The translations under genes and the position numbers were made by a program. This document shows positions 11,120 through 22,460 of a DNA stretch of 64,000 nucleotides, piece by piece (positions within the stretch are counted from its first letter, which is position 1; each line of letters starts with the position of its first letter). The stretch lies in the NCBI GenBank assembly GCA_022813865.1, contig JALDZX010000051.1:1-64000 (forward strand). Reading direction: 5' to 3'. Origin of the DNA: Xylographa opegraphella (taxonomy: Eukaryota). The notes below the pieces were generated by a model. It was given only the letters and a program-made list of their open reading frames with translations, had not been told where the DNA came from and did not search any database.

Positions 11120-14100
11120 TTACCTCACACTATCTTCCTCCCATTTAGATCTCAGAAACAACTCTAGTACTTGATGCTTTCGGTCCTCCTCAACCTTTCT
11201 CTCCCGTCCCTTGCTCGGAACCGAGCCTCTAATTAAAATACCCACAAAGATCTCAGCATATTTCCGATCAATTTGCTGCTTTCTTGCAAGGCTAGGATCT
11301 TGACTGGCCGCTCGACCTCGCACTAACAACGTGTCTGGTGAGCTGGGTGTGGTGGGTGTGGGGGGCCACGATCGGAGAGGAGCGATTTCGTTCACCACAC
11401 TGGCAAGCATTGAAATTATAAAGGTGAAGGAGATGCTATGTGCCGGTGAGACGGAAAGAATGTCAAGCACCCATAAACGCATCTCCTCACCGGACAAGAT
11501 CTTACTCGCTCTTTCCCTTTCTTCAATCCCTTTATTGAGTTCTTGCCACAGTTTTTGGGGTACTATGCCGTCCTCCAAGCTCTCTAGGAAAGTCAATAAA
11601 GTCGCTGCCAGCCCTTCCACTTTATGTGCCGTCTCAAATTCCGGTTGATATTCGAATGCACGTCCTGTGTCAAGAGCCTCTCTTAGCTTATCTATCAGAA
11701 ACTTTCGTTGGTCCAGGTCAGAAGACCAGCTTGCTTCGGAGAATGGCCATCCGATAAGTTCCCACGGTGGTCGCTGATCATGTGTATCCTTCATATCCCA
11801 TTCAGCAACCGTTCTCTCCACGAGTGCTTCTATAGCCTCCGTCAGCTGGAACACTTCTTTCGGAGCTGACCACTTTACCGCATCATCGCCGCTCGAGTTG
11901 GAACTCCCATCTGGCCTTTGATGTTGTAATCTGCGAACTCCACCTTCTGGTATTCTGGTAAGTTTTTCTAGCGACCGTCCCAATGACGACTGAAGCCACA
12001 CTCCGCGTAGCGGGACAAAATGATCCCGACCATTTTGTACACGAAGGACAAGGACATCCTCTATATTTGATCGTCCCTCGTTCAGATTACGAACTTGGTC
12101 CATGTCGGTAATCCGAATAGTGAGATTAACACTGGTGGTATCGCCAGGGTCGAGAGTATATTCGTGAAGAGCGTTGGGATTGGGATTGAGATTATCGCTC
12201 GCCCGGTCAAATTCCATGCTAAGCCAAGGCGGAGCGAATCCACCTTCGTGCCTGTCTACAAAGCCGAAGGTTGCCGGGACGCGCCCTGTGTTGGCAATAG
12301 TAATGCTGCGTGTCTTCGGTTGGTCATACCGAACATCTCCATAATTGATACTATCGTCGGGATGACCCTCATCACCTGTATGAGAATCCACGACTAATGT
12401 GATACAAGGTCGGCCTTCATTCTCTGCTTTGTCAAGTTCACGAGCAACCTCTTGGTGAACAACAGCCTTCAGCTCGAGGTCTACTGCGTCATAGTCCAGC
12501 GTGAAAACAGCGTCCAACGGCTTGTGATCTGAGGAGAGAACACGCTGATGTGATGTATAATAGTCAAGCTCTAAACGATCCACATAACCAGCCTTCGTCA
12601 CTACGACGTTAAAGTCCGTTTTGTGATCTAGATTTTCTTCGTAGCTCTCCTCGGCCCCGTCAGTTTCCGGATCATAGTCATATAGTATCTCCTCGTCCAT
12701 AGGCTTGTCCAATCCACGACTTTTCATCTCTGCATCTTTCCGGCGAGCCTCTTCCTCTTCCTTTATAGCTCGGAGGTATTCCCATCTGCCTTTACGAGTC
12801 CGGTACAGGATACGATCACACCAACTCGGACCTCGCTTCTTCTCACTAGAGTCAAACATCCCCACGCTTCCGACGTCATATTTGTACGTCGGAAGAAAGT
12901 CTATGGGACCTTCTTGCCAACCGTCATGGAAAACTTTCCGAAGTCGCATCTGCTTGTGGAGTTGATCATGTGGGAGCAGAGAAGACAGTGTGGTCTGTAG
13001 TGAGATTGGATCGGCGGTAGGATCTGTCTCTTCTCTATCGTGGGCCGTAAGAGATGAAGCGTCCGACACAGCGGTCTGCGATGAAGTTTCAGAACCCTCC
13101 CCTATTCCATGGTAGCTGCCTGGCATGTCCATCGATGATCCAGTAACCAGTAGCTCATTGTCTATCTTCCTAAGTGATGTCCGCGTTACATCATATTCGT
13201 TACGAGTGTGAAGCATAAGCAATCTTCTTACGTCGTCTCCTGCGAGTGTATCTAGCCTGTAGTTGAGATCGCCGAACCAAAACGCAAAATCTTCGTCGCC
13301 AATTTCTTCTCCAAACTCGTCGGCGACGCCGTCTCGTTGAATGGGACTGAACTTGGTTCGGCTTAGAATCTGTTCGACATCTTCATTCCGCTTGCTCAAA
13401 GACGATTTCTCGGTACCAGCTGCAAGATGGCAGTTTACGAAAACCATACGTGTCGTCTCACCAAGGAAAATACGTGCCGTCACAGCACCTTTGTTGCCCA
13501 TCCATCCGCCCAGTCCTGTGCCAACGCTTGTCGTACTGACTGACGAGATTGTAGGTGCTACTTTTGGAGAGGCATAGATAAGTATCAGCAATCCAATAAG
13601 TTGCTGCTCAGCAACCAGTTCGAACCCTTCCGGGAGTGCTTCAGAGACGGAATGCTTCCAAATGTTTGCAGGGTGAGGGTCCGTGTAAGGGCGTATTGCC
13701 TGGTATTTGGAATTCACATCTAAGATCTCCTGCAAGCCTAGCACGTACAAGTCGACATCATCATTTCCTGGCAAAGAGCCAGTATCATTTTTGGGGATCG
13801 TCGACGTCTTATTTGTCGTCCTTCTTTCCTGGTCTGACACGCTCTCTATAACTCGGCTTTGTAATGGATTCCCATTGCCATTCCGACTTGGATCATCCTC
13901 CACCCTGACGGTTAAGCCAGTGAGGTTGTCGGACACTGCTTTTCCCTCAATGAACCATGCGCCGATGTCCTTCTCAGTACCGGGCATCGCCGCAACATTC
14001 CATGTCCCGATCTTAACCCTGATCTTTTGAGATCTTGTGTATTCAGCACGTCGTTGGTAAACTGCTTGAGAGAGAGACTGCTGAGACGAAACCATTGGGA

Positions 14101-14179
14101 CATCGGATGTAGGAAAAGCCCCCGGAACCGACTGCCTCCAATCGATGGTAGGGTCTTCACCCGTCGTACGAGTAGCCAT
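11120..14179 (-). CDS. Inositol polyphosphate 5-phosphatase, OCRL/INPP5B-like (5-phosphatase plus ASH/RhoGAP-like C-terminus)
   Basis: GTWNVA, YVLGLQEI, GNKGAV, FVNCHLAA, FWFGDLNYR, PTYKYD, PSWCDRILY and SDHKPL; 1019-aa ORF. Confidence 0.93.
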   Translation of the reverse strand: MATRTTGEDPTIDWRQSVPGAFPTSDVPMVSSQQSLSQAVYQRRAEYTRSQKIRVKIGTWNVAAMPGTEKDIGAWFIEGKAVSDNLTGLTVRVEDDPSRNGNGNPLQSRVIESVSDQERRTTNKTSTIPKNDTGSLPGNDDVDLYVLGLQEILDVNSKYQAIRPYTDPHPANIWKHSVSEALPEGFELVAEQQLIGLLILIYASPKVAPTISSVSTTSVGTGLGGWMGNKGAVTARIFLGETTRMVFVNCHLAAGTEKSSLSKRNEDVEQILSRTKFSPIQRDGVADEFGEEIGDEDFAFWFGDLNYRLDTLAGDDVRRLLMLHTRNEYDVTRTSLRKIDNELLVTGSSMDMPGSYHGIGEGSETSSQTAVSDASSLTAHDREETDPTADPISLQTTLSSLLPHDQLHKQMRLRKVFHDGWQEGPIDFLPTYKYDVGSVGMFDSSEKKRGPSWCDRILYRTRKGRWEYLRAIKEEEEARRKDAEMKSRGLDKPMDEEILYDYDPETDGAEESYEENLDHKTDFNVVVTKAGYVDRLELDYYTSHQRVLSSDHKPLDAVFTLDYDAVDLELKAVVHQEVARELDKAENEGRPCITLVVDSHTGDEGHPDDSINYGDVRYDQPKTRSITIANTGRVPATFGFVDRHEGGFAPPWLSMEFDRASDNLNPNPNALHEYTLDPGDTTSVNLTIRITDMDQVRNLNEGRSNIEDVLVLRVQNGRDHFVPLRGVWLQSSLGRSLEKLTRIPEGGVRRLQHQRPDGSSNSSGDDAVKWSAPKEVFQLTEAIEALVERTVAEWDMKDTHDQRPPWELIGWPFSEASWSSDLDQRKFLIDKLREALDTGRAFEYQPEFETAHKVEGLAATLLTFLESLEDGIVPQKLWQELNKGIEERERASKILSGEEMRLWVLDILSVSPAHSISFTFIISMLASVVNEIAPLRSWPPTPTTPSSPDTLLVRGRAASQDPSLARKQQIDRKYAEIFVGILIRGSVPSKGRERKVEEDRKHQVLELFLRSKWEEDSVR

Positions 14180-14609
14180 ACCGATAAGTCGAGACGTTTC
14201 TTTGTGTAATATCGAGACTCACAGCAGGCGGGGAGGTGCATTAGGGCAGCAACGGAGCCAGGCCCGTCCAGAACACTGACGTAGCCAGATGTCTTTTTTC
14301 TTGCGAAAAGGTTCGTGGGGTATGCGGCACAGACGATCTTCATCCGTCAACATATCGACTTCTTCTATGCGCCTGAAAGACGCCTTGAACTGGTTGTGAT
14401 CAGACTGCTGATTGTTCAGAGTATCCAATGCCCGGTAATTGGCTGGGCGGATGGCTGATGCTCTCCCCAGCCACAGCGAACGAAAGCTTAACCTGTAGGG
14501 CGTGCACCGAAAAGCTTGGCCGAGGGGCGTCGGAGCTTGAAGCGGCTTGAGCCTGTCACACTGAAGCTCATTGCCTTCTACATGATACCAACTGTGAACC
14601 GGGCGCAGA

Positions 14610-15482
14610 ATGTTACCGCGCAGAATGTCACCGCGCAAAGTAAGGCATCAACAGACACAGTCCGGCGTCATCAACCAGCCGTCAGACTACGAGAGTGACA
14701 CGAATTATCTGTCCGATGTACCTCTTCCGCCCATTCAGCGGACCGACGAAGAACTCAATCTCTCTGTGCTACAACGACACAGCCGTGACGTGATTTCCCT
14801 TGAATATGTCGCGCCATACGCCGTTGTCTATCATTTCTCATCAGTATTGCAACAGTGGGAGAAGAGTGGAATTGAAGGGACTGCTTTTGTATGTGGCCTT
14901 TTACCAATGGAGGACCACCCACAACGCTACGAGGTCACAGTGCTGAATCGGAGGGGCCTTGAAAATTTCACGCTGGAGCTGGCAAACGCTAGCGATGTGG
15001 AAGTGACTGAGGAATACATTATTCTCAACTCGACTCATGATGGCAAGCCCCATGTCTATGGTCTTTGGGTTTTCTCCGAGCCATCCCCATCGTCCACCTC
15101 CCATCATCGGACCGCTATCGCGCATACGATTCAAGAATGTGCTGCAAGGGCAGAGGCAAGCAGAAAAGTAAACACTGGACGCACAGAATGTGAGCATGAT
15201 TACTATTTTGACGAAGAGGTGCCGATGGGGAGACAATTGTCGTTGAAAGAAATGTTTGGTCAGCAGCGAAAACAGGACGATGCTTGGAGTATTCGAAATC
15301 ACAGTCCGCGCAGGCCATCGACACAATATGCAGCAATAGCGGATTCTTACGTCCCCCACTCGCCGCAAGTAGAGGCGCCACCACATTCACCAGCGGTTTC
15401 CGCACAGTCGAATGGTCAAGGGCGCGATGTACTTATGGACATGTTTCGTAGGGCTGGTGAAGGATATCGTGCGGCAACCTAA
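14610..15482 (+). CDS. DCP1: mRNA decapping cofactor Dcp1 (EVH1/PH-like)
   Basis: ELNLSVLQRH, YAVVYHF, WEKSGIEGTAFV, VLNRRGLENF and YGLWVF. The start could be 14610 or 14625. Confidence 0.88.
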   Translation: MLPRRMSPRKVRHQQTQSGVINQPSDYESDTNYLSDVPLPPIQRTDEELNLSVLQRHSRDVISLEYVAPYAVVYHFSSVLQQWEKSGIEGTAFVCGLLPMEDHPQRYEVTVLNRRGLENFTLELANASDVEVTEEYIILNSTHDGKPHVYGLWVFSEPSPSSTSHHRTAIAHTIQECAARAEASRKVNTGRTECEHDYYFDEEVPMGRQLSLKEMFGQQRKQDDAWSIRNHSPRRPSTQYAAIADSYVPHSPQVEAPPHSPAVSAQSNGQGRDVLMDMFRRAGEGYRAAT

Positions 15483-15631
15483 GGTGCTTTTGTCTGGAGA
15501 GTTCGGTTCTTTCTACTAAGATCCAAGGCTGTTCCTCTGAATGCCCTATCAGGAAACGGAGGCCCGAGGCGAAAGTCTGCAAACGAAGCGCCAAGCAACT
15601 TCAAGACTGATGATGCATGGACCTATAGCTG

Positions 15632-16833
15632 CTATTGTGCTTCTTGTTCTGTACCGGGATTGATTTGCGCTCTATCGGCTGCAATGATCTCTTCCACGAA
15701 TTCTGCTGTTTTGACCGCGGCTACTCTGCTGTGTCCTACGGTCGGTGAGTATGTTAGTGGATGGGATAATCATGTACTTACGAATGCAGAAACCATGCGG
15801 GATGCCCTCGCCGTCAATTATCATTGTGGGTTTGCGTCGATCGCCGCCTTCATCATTTGCCCTCGCGGTTATAAGTTCATCGCGGGTATGATTTGCGACC
15901 CAGTGATCACTTTTTCCAAAATAGAAGACTAATTTCGTCTTTGGAGAGCATGACGACTCAGCACCCGTTCCCCACAGACCTTCATCCCACCGATCTTCTG
16001 TGATCTCTTGGATCTCATCACAAGCCATGTGCCTGTGATGTGTATTATTGTCAGTCACGGGGCTACACATAAAGAGGTTGAGACTTGCAAAGCTTGCTGG
16101 ACACCTTTTGGGCTGCAAATGAACTCCATTGTGACTCTTGCAGCGTCCTCTGGCATCCCAGCGACGATCTTTACTAGTTTGAGCAAAATCCATCGTGGAA
16201 CCACAGCAACTACCATCTTCACGAATGTAGAAACTCCTCTAGCGAGGTACGGAATGGATGCTATCCACTACAATAGCTCGATCAGTATCTCCTCTCTGTA
16301 AGAATAACGGAACGGGTCGTTTGACCCACTCCTAATTTCAAGCCACTGGGGCTCTTCCGGATCCATGTGACCGTGGGCCAGAGGCCTATATATCCACAGA
16401 AACGGAAATTGTCTTTTTTTGAAGTTTGAAGTTCCCTTTCTCTCTTTCGTCTAAGGATTTCTAGTCCAATATATGCACCCACAGAGTGTCCGACAAGAAT
16501 TACTTTTGATTGCTGAGCTCCTCCATCTATCCTCGTAAACAATGACACCTTTTCCACGTAATCAGTCAACAGTTCCTCCACATATTCAATCTGTTCTTGC
16601 AGCCCAAGTATTTTTAGATGTTTTGGCACATCACAAGGCGCGTCCACAAAGTTTGCCAGGGAGTGTCCGTAGATGTTCACAGCGTTCGCTGACAGTTTGT
16701 CTGCCAGTAATGACAGGAAAGTATGGTAGTACCCAATACAACCTGGATTGCCAGTAATGAAGAAGACATGATATGCCGGAGATTGTGGAGACTCGCAGGG
16801 TATATATACGCTCTGAGAAGTGAGATGCGGCAT
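15632..16833 (-). CDS. Lipid-droplet-associated alpha/beta hydrolase (LDAH/DUF2305-like), with introns
   Basis: FFITGNPGCIGYYHTFL, GHSVGAY nucleophile elbow, YFGKSDHWV and IPHGFCI. The last exon ...VKTAEFVEEIIAADRAQINPGTEQEAQ stops at 15632. Confidence 0.85.
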
Positions 16834-17037
16834 GAAGAGGATCACTGACAACTTCGCAAGAAGGTGAAGTATGCCTACTACTTGGTGTATGATTTAAATG
16901 GTCCCATCTTGTTCTGATTTGTACTTTGATAGCTGTAAAACCAGGTGCATTTACCTCGCAGCTGCCTACCTACCACACTCTATCAGGATGAGTTAACGCC
17001 AATTCCACCATCTTAACTTAAGCGAGCTAACTAGGGC

Positions 17038-17089
17038 AAGCTATACTCCGTACATTTAAGGCTAAGCTATACTCCGTACATTTAAGGCT
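17038..17089. repeat. Perfect 26-bp direct tandem duplication in the LDAH/GRS1 divergent promoter
   Basis: AAGCTATACTCCGTACATTTAAGGCT at 17038-17063 and 17064-17089. Confidence 0.95.
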
Positions 17090-17230
17090 GATCTTGTGGG
17101 ATCCTCGGCCTCGTATAAAGTTTACGCCGGGATAGCTTCAAGATGTGTCACACTGCAAAGCACCTCTACTCCGGATTAATACGACGCTCCGTTAGATACC
17201 CACATAAGTCATTGACCTGGTGTGTATTTG

Positions 17231-19387
17231 ATGCGCCAGCCTTTTCAACTGCTACGGCACTTCGTTGTATCGAGCGAGCTATCTTGCAAGCGGATTCGAT
17301 ATCCGCGAACCTTTGCTTCTACAGCCACACATCTCAGACACCAAATCCAGAAGTCGATCCCAGTCATGGCCACAACCACAACCAAAACCGGGCAACCTCT
17401 CGATAGGGCGGTATTAGACTCTCTCCTACGACGCCGGCTCTTTTATACTCCGTCTTTCGAGGTCTATGGTGGAGTTTCCGGTCTGTACGACTATGGGCCC
17501 CCTGGCTGCTCCCTCCTGGCCAACATCATTGATATATGGCGGAAACACTTCGTTCTCGAGGAGGATATGCTGGAACTTGATTGCACCGCTCTCACACCAC
17601 ATGAGGTCCTTAAAACAAGTGGTCACGTTGACAAATTCGCGGATTGGATGTGCAAAGATCCCAAGACTGGCGAGATTTTCCGGGCCGACCACTTGGTTGA
17701 AGAGGTTTTAGAATCACGTTTGATTGGTGATAAAGAGGCTAGAGGGCAGAAGGTGGAAGTTGAAGAGGAAAAAGACGCCAAAAAGAAAAAGAAGAAAGTA
17801 AAGGAGGCCAAAGTGATGAAACTGGAGGATGCGCAGGTGAAAGAATACGAGGAGGTCCTTGCCAAGATCGACAACTACAATGGTGATGAGTTAGGCGAAC
17901 TCATCACGAAATATGATATCAAGAATCCCGCCACTGGGGGAGATCTGCAAGCTCCACGGGCTTTCAACCTGATGTTCCAGACAGAAATTGGTCCGACTGG
18001 TCAGCTCAAGGGTTATCTACGACCTGAGACCGCTCAAGGTCAATTCCTCAATTTCCAAAAGCTTCTTGAATTTAACAACCAATCCATGCCTTTCGCTTCC
18101 GCATCAATCGGCAAGTCTTTCAGGAATGAAATTTCGCCCCGTTCCGGCCTGCTTCGCGTGCGTGAATTCTTGATGGCAGAGATTGAACATTTTGTAGATC
18201 CTGAAGGAGGAAAAAAGCATCCACGGTTCTCTGAGGTAGAGGAGGTCGAGCTCGCCCTACTGAACCGTCATGTCCAGCTTGCGGGACAATCAACGGTGGA
18301 GAAAATGACTATTGGGAAGGCAGTGGCGACTGGACTTGTGGATAACGAAACTTTGGGATATTTTCTTGCGCGAATACAATTGTTCTTGAAGAGACTAGGT
18401 GTGGACCAGGATAAGGTCCGCTTTAGGCAACATATGGCGAACGAGATGGCACACTATGCTGCTGACTGCTGGGATGCTGAACTACTTAGCAGTTATGGTT
18501 GGGTCGAGTGCGTTGGCTGTGCTGATCGAAGTGCCTACGATTTGACCGTGCACGCAAAGAAAACCGGAGCGTCGTTGTGCGTTCGTGAGACGCGGAATGA
18601 ACCTCTAAGGATCGATGAATGGCAAATTGACCTTGATAAGAAGAAATTCGGTCCTCATTTCAAGAAGGATGGAAAGACCGTAGAAGCCGCGGTAGACTCT
18701 TTATCTCAGGATCTTCGAGAGAAGCTATCTTTGGAGCTCGAGAAGCATGGGAGGATTATCGTCGACGTTCCGGGCGTCGGCGATGGGAAAGTTGAGATTG
18801 GTAGAAATTTGATCGGCATTGAAAAGCGTACGAGGATCGAGCACGTCAGGGAATACACACCCAATGTGATTGAACCATCTTTTGGTATCGGCCGCATACT
18901 GTATAGTCTGATCGAGCATGTCTACTGGTCCAGGGAAGCTGCCGAAGAACGAGGGGTCAGTTGATGTACACTCGTTTCAGCATCCAGGCTAATCGATCAA
19001 CAGGTGTTATCTTTCCCTCCGCCAGTGGCGCCAACCAAAGTGCTCTTGGTTCCACTTTCAAATCATCCGGATTTCAAACCTCTTGTGAAGCGGGTTGGCT
19101 TGAAGCTACGTCAGCTGGGTATCTCAAGCCGTGTTGACGACTCCTCAGTCAGCATTGGTAAGCGCTACTCGAGGAATGACGAGCTCGGGACGCCGCTCGG
19201 GATCACCGTCGACTTTCAGTCAGTAAAGGACAACACATTCACACTCCGGGACCGGGATACGATGAAACAAGTACGATCAGATGAGGATACCATATGCACT
19301 TCCATCAAGAGTCTGGTGGACGGCCAGAAGACGTGGTCGGATGTGCTGAAGGAATTGCCTGAATTCACGAAGCAAGAAGCGGATTGA
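17231..19387 (+). CDS. GRS1: Glycyl-tRNA synthetase (eukaryotic class II); intron 18956-19003; two in-frame ATGs (17231, 17366)
   Basis: YGGVSGLYDYGPPG, LKTSGHVDKFAD, YLRPETAQGQF, FRNEISPRSGLLRVREF, EPSFGIGR and the anticodon-binding SIGKRYSRNDELGTP. Confidence 0.98.
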
Positions 19388-20704
19388 TATCCACAACATG
19401 ACTAGTAGATTTCGGGTCACATACCCAGTGACCATGCACTTCTGATACCATGGCGCGCGCGTGATGCCATTCATGATACATACCAACGCCATGGTCGGGT
19501 CACATCCATCATGCGAGGCGGATCGTTAGTGTGACAGTCCTGATTGTGCAGCTTAGTGGTGCCTGGAGATGGAATATCCAGAGTCCCTCGTGGGCTTGGG
19601 TCCTATCTTCATCTGCACGAATGTATTATATTTGATTGGCCGGCTTAAGTTATGCTGGCACTCGTGGTCCTGTGGGAACGGAGACAACTGCCTTGTATGT
19701 GCCAAACAGCACGTGGCATTGAGTCGGAGAGGTGTAACGGAAGGTTTTCCAATCCTTGTAGTCTTTCGATAGAATGTTCGGAACGGAGCGTGGTATCCCT
19801 GTCAAACAGTCATTGAGTGGTTGTAGTTGTCCAACATTGCAACATGAATGGATTGTAAGGCGGCAAGGCGGAACAAGCGCGGCGCTTCATCCCTGCCGTG
19901 CTTGAGCGGAAGCGCCAACCTCTTTCTGGCCAATGTTCGATTGTGCTGCCGCCATCATTATGATTCTTATCCTCAGCGATACTGAGCCTCACATGCTTCG
20001 ACGGCGGTAGAAGCATGCAAGCCGTGCTGTCGGATTTATGCATGTCATCCGATTCGTGAATATTCTCTGTTCGAGTCCCACACGCCTCCCGCTGAATCTA
20101 TGAGGAGACTGGCTCGAGTAGGCGGCCTCACAGGAGGAGACCGTTATTGCACTGCCACATGCCCACATGCATAAGTGAGCCTCCTGCATATCAAAAACAG
20201 ATGTTTCGCGTCTTCAGATCTTGCCCTGCAGTATGAGACAATGGCACATTCAGCTAGTAACTTCAGCGACCTTGTTTTCGTCTCTCAGTGTCTCAGCTGT
20301 TTCTTTGGATATGAACTCGTTCTGGCAGGGTCGCGCTTTCCGCAGTCTCCTCTGCGGCACTTCTCTGTTGTTATTATGAAAGACGCAGGTCCCGGAGGAT
20401 GGCCTCCACAACCCGACAAGTCAGCTCCAATACCAATTGACATGTCGTGGTCGTGCAGTGCTCGGCCTGCCCCGAAACTCTGGGAGTGTATATATACGCA
20501 CGAGTAGTCTCTTTTGTCGAATCTATCACGACCTGTTTCTCATCAAATACAGTCAAATTGCAACGGAGTATCCTCCAGTCTCACTATTTACAGAAACCGG
20601 CTTTTCTGCTTACAATCTGTCCCGGTGACTCTTCCGGCATCCAAAGATGCCAGCGCCTCCAAGGAGAGCTATCGAGGCCCAAGATGCACTTCTTACTGCA
20701 CTTA

Positions 20705-21714
20705 ATGAAGAGGAAACAGCGTTGCAGGAAAGTAGGCAGGATGGGTCAGGGGACACGGACTCGTCTGGAAGATCTCAGTAGGCCGTATTGGTCTTGGTCC
20801 ATATACCTAGCTAACGAGCTAGGGCTTCGACAAAGTCAATATATGGGACTATGTTCGAGCCGCAGATTGAGAATGGCCGCCAGTATGCGGACGCCGATTA
20901 CTATATGCCTAATGACGACGCTGAAGAAACGCGGCTCTCGGTCGTCCATCAGTCCTTCCTTCTCCTCCTCGAAGACCGGCTTACAATGGCACGAATATCA
21001 GATGACATCGAGCGTGTCCTTGACGTCGGCACTGGCTCCGGCGACTGGGCTATCGCAATGGGAGAGCGGTATCCGAACGCTGAGATTGTGGCGACGGACA
21101 TTAGCTCATATTCGCAGCCTCCAACCGTGCCTCCCAATGTATTCTTCCAGATCGACGACGCGCGAGAGGAGTGGACTTATGGTGCTGCGTTCGACCTGAT
21201 CCACATTCGTTGCCTTAATGGAGCATTCTCCAACTGGGCACATATTTACCACGAAGCTTTTCGCCATCTCAAAGCGGGTGGCATGATCGAGGTGGTAGAC
21301 ATGGGGTTGATCACGGTAGTCGAGCCGTCAAGAGTGTCACATCTTAGCATTTACAACGGTGTCCTCCAATCGGCCGCCGAAAAGGCCGGGATCACAGTGT
21401 CGCTGGAGCATCTACGAAAATCATTAGCGGAAGCTTCAGGCCTGAGCGTACTAAGGACTACGACGTTAGAGTTTCCATTAGGAAACTATTCAGAGGACCC
21501 ACGGTTGAAGATGGTGGGTAAAATGGCGCTGATAGCAGCATTGGAGGGCTTGGAATCTACTGCGCTGCGACTCCTCACGAAAGAACTTGGGTGGGAGCCT
21601 GATAGTGTGAAAGATCTGTGTTCCAAAGTGGTGCAAGACATCACGAGGCCGGATGCACGTGGTTCGATACCGTGCCAATTCTTGATAGCTAGGAAGTTGC
21701 TCGAATTGGAGTAG
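20705..21714 (+). CDS. LaeA-like (Methyltransf_23-type) SAM-dependent methyltransferase; 5' exon structure uncertain
   Basis: ENGRQY..YYMPNDDAEETRL, VLDVGTGSGDWA, FQIDDA, FDLIHIR and LKAGGMIE. An intron lies near 20778-20822; the true start may be 20376. Confidence 0.8.
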
Positions 21715-22460
21715 TGGTAGCCGTTGATGTACGGTAGGGGTATGTAGCTTAGATATGCTGTAAGATCATCTAGTGGACCAAACCAAGGGTTTGCTTGCCA
21801 AGTTGAGCGACAGTACTTATCATTAAACAGGGAGTGAGAGGCCCAAATATTCAGTGACAGGTCGTTTGTCTTAACGTGCCAGCACTTGCCAGATAGTAAG
21901 ATAGCGTAACAATACAAATTTTGAATAGCGCTCCGGCCATTGCGGGAGCTGGAATATTTGCGCGGCAAATCAGGTGTCTGGTCTAGTAGCCACTATCACC
22001 CGCCCCATTCATGAAGATACTGGCACAATACCTGGGTCGTTTTGATTCACAATCTCAGAAATCGTCAATTTGTTCCAGCTGGTCAAGGCAGGATAACCGC
22101 TACCTCTGTACACTACGCGAGGAGGTTGTCAGAACTGTAATACGGTTGGCTGGAAGAGCCCGGGGCGTCTTGCTCACGGAAGGAATGGGGACGCTGGCCA
22201 GAGCCTTCTTGCTTGGGTGCATTGATGAAATGACAACTTTCTACAAAGACGGCTGTGAAGCTTGGTCATGCATTCAATACCAAGAATCACGTAGGTAGAA
22301 CTCTTTATTTACTGACTGTTAAAATCCATTGGGATATTTCACCGCGCGTAAGGCTTGTGGAGAACATCAAGTCAGGATAGCGAAGGCGATCAATAGCAGG
22401 CCGTATAAATGATACCAGCTTCAAAGCTCGTCAGCTTCCAATAAAGTGCCCAAACTCCGA

